A stretch of 64,000 nt of DNA from Squalus acanthias (Eukaryota). Positions within the stretch are counted from its first letter, which is position 1. Each line of letters begins with the position of its first letter. This document shows positions 58,276-64,000 of this stretch, piece by piece. The notes below the pieces were generated by a model. That model made no database searches and was not told where the DNA came from. It saw nothing but the letters and a program-made list of their open reading frames with translations. Both the position numbers and the translations under genes were made by a program. Location: NCBI GenBank assembly GCA_030390025.1, contig CM059438.1, forward strand, positions 66,404,001 to 66,468,000, read 5' to 3'.

Positions 58276-59039
58276 AGAGCTGAAGGCTTCATTGTAGATT
58301 TTTTTGAATGCTCCTTACAGCTCACATTGCTATAGAAACCGCTCTGTATTGTGGGGCAGATTCGACACGAGGCAGATCCACCTGAGGTCAGTGCTTGTGC
58401 GGTTGCACTTAACCAGAAGAATATAAAGGAGGGGAACCATTCAGCCTATCTCTTTTTTCTTAATCCATCGAGGAAAACCTTCAGTACCCCATCATGATGT
58501 TCAGCTGTCTCTTTAAAGATTAAAGGTTTGTTCCTTCATTTCTCTGTCCGGAATTTGCTTTCAACTGTTGATTATTGTTTATGTGAAGGCCTGCTTCCTG
58601 GCATCAGTCCCAAACTGATCTAATTCCCCACAGCAGTGGCAGCTCCCAGCGAGTTGTTCCAGCTCTTTCACAGGTACTTTTCTAAGCGTGCCTTTTTTTC
58701 CGGTCTCAAGTACTTCCCAGCTTGACCTAGCCCGACCTTGCATGCTTTGCCTCTGCTACAACTTCACAACCTGATTATTGGACTCGATCTGCTGCTATCA
58801 TGATTTCTCCCAGCAGTGATTCCTGGACCCAGCTTCCCACTTTCCCTGTCCGTTTAGGCCCTGTCCTGCTCTCCTGGCTCCATTTCTGAACAGCCCCCTT
58901 GTGCAATGCCACAGCAGATCCTCTGTGTAACATTGTTTGGAACATTCATTTACCCTTATTAAATATGACTTGTATGCTTTTAAATTCTGAATTAATACAT
59001 TTTAAAGTGGTGCATTTTGTTCATTTTGTTCAAACTGCA

Positions 59040-59770
59040 AAGTGCTACAGTACAAAGGGATCTGGGGGTCCTGGTGCATGAAACACAGAAGGTTAGTATG
59101 CAGGTACAGCAGGTGATCAGGAAGGCCAATGGAATCGTGGCTTTTATTGCAAGGGGGATGGAGTATAAAAGCAGGGAAGTCTTGCTTCAGTTATACAAGG
59201 TACTGGTGAGGCCACACCTGGAATACTGCATACAGTTTTGGTTTCCATATTTAAGAAAAGATATACTTGCTCTCGAGGCAGTTCAGAGAAGGTTCACTCG
59301 GTTGATTCCGGAGATGAGGGGGTTGACTTATGAGGAAAGGTTGAATAGGTTGGGCCTCTACTCATTGGAATTCAGAAGAATGAGAGGCGATCTTATCGAA
59401 ACATATAAGATTGTGAGGGGGCTTGATCGGGTGGAGGCGGGGAGGATGTTTCCACTGCTGGGTGAGACTAGAACTAGGGGGCATAATCTTAGAATAAGGG
59501 GCTGCCGTTTCAAAATTGAGATGAGGAGAAACTTCTTCACTCAGAGGGTAGTAAATCTATGGAATTTGCTACCTCAGAGAGCTGTGGAAGCTGCAACATT
59601 AAATAAATTTAAAATGGAGATAGACAGTTTCCTAGCTGATAAGGGAATTAAGGGTTATGGGGAGCGGGCAGGGAAGTGGACGTGAGTCTAGGTTCGGATC
59701 AGCCATGATCCTATTGAATGGCGGAGCAGGCCCGAGGGGCCATATGGCTACTCCTGCTCCTACTTCTTAT
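59040..59770 (+). mobile_element. Young CR1 3' fragment
   Basis: Open frame VQRDLGVLVH...KGYGERAGKWT plus 3' UTR. Confidence 0.95.
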
Positions 59771-59958
59771 TTACAATCAGTCCTCTACCAGTAAATTACT
59801 TTGTAATGTACGTAGTACATAGTGCTATACCTTGGCTCTGAATTTCCATGGGGATTATTCCTGATCTTCTGGTGTAACTCCCAGGAAAATTTCATAAATG
59901 ACCATTTATAGCGATTCCCTGGGGGTTCCCTGGAGTTACGGTGAGAAACCAGTAGAAC

Positions 59959-60287
59959 TTATGAAAGATTTCGATAGAGTAAATAAGGAGAATCTATTTC
60001 CACTGGCAGGAGGGCCATTAACCAGAGGAAACAGATTTAAGATGATTGGCGAAAGAATTTGAGGGGAGATGAGGAGACTTTTTTTTTACTCAGCGAGTTG
60101 TTATGATCTGGAAAGCACTGCCTGAAAGGACGGTGGAAGCAGATTCAATGGTAACTTTTAAAAAGGAATTGGCTATATACTTGAAAAAGTAAAATTTGCA
60201 GGGCTATGGGGAAGGTGCAGGGGAATGGAACTAATTGGATAACCCTTTCAAAGAGCCTCCTTCTGCGCTGTATCATTCTATGATTCT
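59959..60287 (+). mobile_element. CR1 3' fragment, apparently inside a small MITE-like remnant (about 59833-60311)
   Basis: accagaggaaacagatttaag..tttttactcagcgagttg..; tail tcattctatgattcta; flanks ggctctgaatttcc / gaatttcaggacc. Confidence 0.75.
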
Positions 60288-61834
60288 AGCCCTTGTAGAA
60301 TTTCAGGACCCTTGTCATTACAAAGCAGGATATCTTCTAACTCACTGTGAAAAGTAGGAGATCTTACTAGGAGATCAGCCAGCTCGATTTGAAAATCAAC
60401 ATTTTCACTATTAATTTAAGCCAGTGCAAGTGCTCTGTGAGATCAGTGACCGGCAGTGTCTGTTCTGTTGACTGCTGACATCAATTAGCAGGTAGTCGTA
60501 GATACTTCTCTCACACGTGGCAGCTCTTCTGTCAATATTGTTTCAGTGTTTCAGTCTAAGGGTAGAATAAAAGCAAATGTAGTGCACAGACTTAACCTGG
60601 CTTCATCAGTCTGTTCATCCTGCAATCTGCCCTCATTCTTTACCAGCCTCGCTTGGTAATAATGGGAGGGCAAATGCCACATTAGTCATTCTGGGCCAAT
60701 CAACCATTCAAAATACTTGTGTCTGTCAGCCTTGTTGAAATCTGTTCAGCAGATGATGAGGTACTTACCAAAGCTGATTAACTGTGATGTATCTCTCCAG
60801 GCAGAAACTGATGCATTGCACAAATGGACATTAGATGTTGCTGAGATGATATTGCTGTCACCAGCTATTGCAAAGTTCTAAAATCCCAGGTATTCTCCCT
60901 TAGAATGACAAGTTTCAAATTGGGTTCCTCTGTGCTCTCATTGTTCCAGCTGCTTGTGGATCAAGCTTGTCATTTTTTTTAGTCTTTTATATCCAGTTTG
61001 CTTATTTATTTCAAAGGAGAATGAGAGTCGAGGGACAAATTATAAACGGCGTGCCCAGAGGATTGTATGGGACAATGCATTTTTAAAAAAGACCACCTTT
61101 TGCATCTGTGAGACCGGTGTTTTGAGTTCAGGATGAAGTTAATGAGATGGACTTGCATCCGTAAAGGTTCTGGATTAAATGAGTTTGAGGAAACTTCGCC
61201 CAAGTGCCGAGTTGATGAGAGTTTCAGGTAAAAATGCCCAAAATTCAACATTGAACTGGCTCCCTCAGAAATGGAAATGGGGCAGCAACGAGTGCCTTCT
61301 GCCTCTGGGGTTCAGGCCTATTGTTGAGATTGGAAATCAAAAGTAGGAAAGTGCTTCTTTCGCTGGTGTAGAGGACGAGCGCAAAGCCAATGAAAGGAAC
61401 TTGTGTCATTAAAATAGTGTTGTGAAGGCAGGCAAGTTTTGTTTATGCCCTGGAAACTTGATGGGCTGACGCGTGTTACCACAGCATCAACCGTGCTGGC
61501 TGTTTAATAGCCGCTGGTTGGTGGTGGAATGTGCAGCATGATTTTACTCCGGCACTGTGAACATTTTGGAAATGAAGCTTTAACATACTTGGTGTCATAA
61601 GAATTCTATGTTTGTGAAACTGTCCAGATTAAACTGTCTGTGTGCACAGGTAAGAGGGAAATAGGGAGCAGATTAACGTGTTTCTGCTGACCATGTTCGT
61701 CATTCACTGACATTATGCTGATGGTGCAAATACAGCAACGCCGTAACTTATTACCATGCTTACTGTATTCGAGTTGCCTACCTAAGGAATTATTGTAATA
61801 ATAGTTTGATTAAAAAGGAAGGTAATTTTAAATA

Positions 61835-62010
61835 TCTTGTCATTATCTAATTGCTGTTTGTGGGAACTTACAGCGCGCAAATCGCTGCCACGTTTCCTAC
61901 ATTACAACAATAACTACTCTTCTAAAAAAAAAAAGGTACTTCATTGGCTGTAAAACGCTTTGGGACATCCTGAGGTTGTTAAAGGCACTACATAAATGCA
62001 AGTCTTTCAT
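61835..62010 (+). mobile_element. DeuSINE 3' part
   Basis: gtttcctacattacaac..cttcattggctgtaaaacgctttgggacatcctgagg. Confidence 0.8.
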
Positions 62011-62327
62011 TCTCATTTTACTAACATATTTGCCATGCGATAAGCAAAGTGCTTTTGTAGACTTCCATTTTAGAATAAAGCTGCCATTTTAGAATAAGGC
62101 TTTCTATATAAACATTGTAGTTTAATTAGGCAGCTAAGGAAGCCATGTCTAGCCATACCTGTCCTTGGAACATTCCAATACAGGAGACCATCTTGTTATC
62201 CTATGCTCTATAGGAAGGTTTTATCAAGGCTTGGGAAGTCAGATAGTTTTGTGTGTTATCTCAGACGAAGTAATAGAACAGATGGCTGTTAATGTTAAAA
62301 CAAAGAGATCAATTGATGGGAGGCCTC

Positions 62328-63988
62328 TGTAAGGGGTTCGCGTGGCTCTGTGCTTAGCCTGGGTGCTAGTGCGGGGTTAGGCCTTGTTGCCTGTTCTGGT
62401 CTCCAGCCAGCCTGGTAGCACTAGACACCTGTGAGTGGTTCGACCCACTCGCCCTTACGGTTCTGACACTGGACTTAGGTGCGAGAGCAGTAATGCAGAG
62501 AAAACTCAGGTAGACCCGGTTGAATAGTACGAAATGGAAAATCTTTATTGCATATTGTTCAAGATTACGAAATACATGTCATAAGCACAGATTAATGACA
62601 GTACAAGCTTACATACATTTATGAAACTAGGTTTAGGGAAACAAGGAGCACACGACACATCGTAAAAGGGGACACACATTATAATTATCCTTAAAGCAGA
62701 ACCCTCCCCTATCAATACCTGTCCTAATCTAGATCTGTAGGATCGAGAACCATGCTCACCACTCGTGATAACTCGGAGAATTCTAAAACGGTGCTCGGAT
62801 GTTTTCGCCACAGCACCTGACTATTCACGTGTTAATCAGGGGTCTCTGTACCCCACTTGTTTACTCGCTCTGCTCCGGCTAGCAGGCTGGACCGTGTGCT
62901 GCCATGAAGATCTGTGTTGACCTCGGATTCTGATAAAACTCAAAGAAGAGTCTTCCTGTGCCCGACACCAGTTAGCCGATAGAATTCAAAGATGAGTCTT
63001 TCTGGATCGACACCAGTTCGATAAAATTCGAAGAAAAGTCTTCCTGCGTCAGTTCGTGCAGTAACCTATAGAGTTCAAAAATGGTCTTTATATTTACGGG
63101 CGCGGTCGGGGTTTACTGACCGCGGCGGCACGTGCAGTCGTCTTCTTCTTCTTGTCTTGTTTCGTCTCGTCGGGCCTTCGGGTCCCTACACCGTTTACCG
63201 ACCCTCGGGATGGTGCACCCACTTACCGGCCTTCGCAGCCCAGCTCTTCACAGATCTTCGCGGCAAGCCACGAGGTTGACTCCCGGAAGATCAGCGGACC
63301 AAGAGCTCGGTGGGCCGCAAACGAGAGCCAGGGGTCGAATCAAGAGAGAGATGGACGTTTGTTTACTACAGTTATAGTACTGTAATTCTTTATCTCCCGC
63401 CCAATCTTAATGTTCATCTTTTGTCATGTTTTGGCGCTCAAACTTCTTGTATGGGGTGGTTCTTGTCGTTAATGGGTTTCGGTGATACTTGTAACTGTCT
63501 AAGTACCCGTTAATGTTTCTCCCATTGTGGAACCGGCTAGGAGTCTCCCTGGAGGGGTTTTGGGGCCCTCCGAATTCTTGCTGTGAGTACCCGCGAACGG
63601 CTCTCTCATCGTAGAGCCGTGGGGAATTTGCGTATCAATGTCTTTGGATGGGCCCTTGATTGCCCAGTACAATAGCCCCCGTTTGTGTATGGAAAACCGA
63701 TTCCAACACTTATATTCTCTTAGGTGTACAAAATGCAAAACGATCGCGTCTTGTCTTATTTCATTATGCTGAGTACTGTCCGATCTTGCTGAAATGTTTA
63801 TTGAAACGCCATCTTGTCTGCCTACTGAAAAATCTGGAACCCTCTGCCACGAGGCGCGGCAGCCATTTTACAGGCTGCTTGTGTCCGTTTTGAAACATGA
63901 AAGCATTTTGCTGAAATAAAGCTGTGTTTACGAAACTGTATGTCTCTTTCTCATTATTTTGAAATCGCGATAATTTGCGAATTCTACA
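62328..63988 (-). mobile_element. Probable 3' LTR (about 1.66 kb) of a minus-strand LTR retroelement/ERV extending beyond the window
   Basis: TGTAAG...CTACA ends; adjacent 63989-64000 reads AACAGGAGGGAC on minus (polypurine tract) directly before TGTAG; minus-strand AATAAA at 62544-49 and TATA-like box near 63090; CpG-rich. Confidence 0.7.
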
Positions 63989-64000
63989 GTCCCTCCTGTT

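Overview
Eukaryotic, almost certainly vertebrate DNA, and by repeat content probably a cartilaginous fish (inference). The window is dense, nested transposon terrain. I found no host protein-coding exon I can recognise and no rRNA, true tRNA, CRISPR or other prokaryotic system. It contains many CR1-clade and L2 LINE fragments and tRNA-headed DeuSINE/LF-SINE-like SINEs. There are four decayed PIF/Harbinger transposons (a spliced Myb/SANT gene, paired convergently with a HARBI1-type transposase in three of them) and about ten Harbinger-type MITEs with 3-bp TSDs. It also holds a young, near-intact Penelope-like element (RT + GIY-YIG, one in-frame TGA), two solo or terminal LTRs, two large minisatellites (31 bp and 21 bp units) and one degenerate array. 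The most interesting system is a set of minimal type I hammerhead ribozyme motifs. One sits at the 3' end of the Penelope element. Others sit in short, mostly palindromic non-coding inserts of two Penelope-related families, four of which have clear 11-14 bp TSDs. The MITEs are also strikingly enriched in perfect 5' splice-site 8-mers and inverted TGACAG palindromes. Boundaries of old repeats are approximate and family names come from recognition, not database search.
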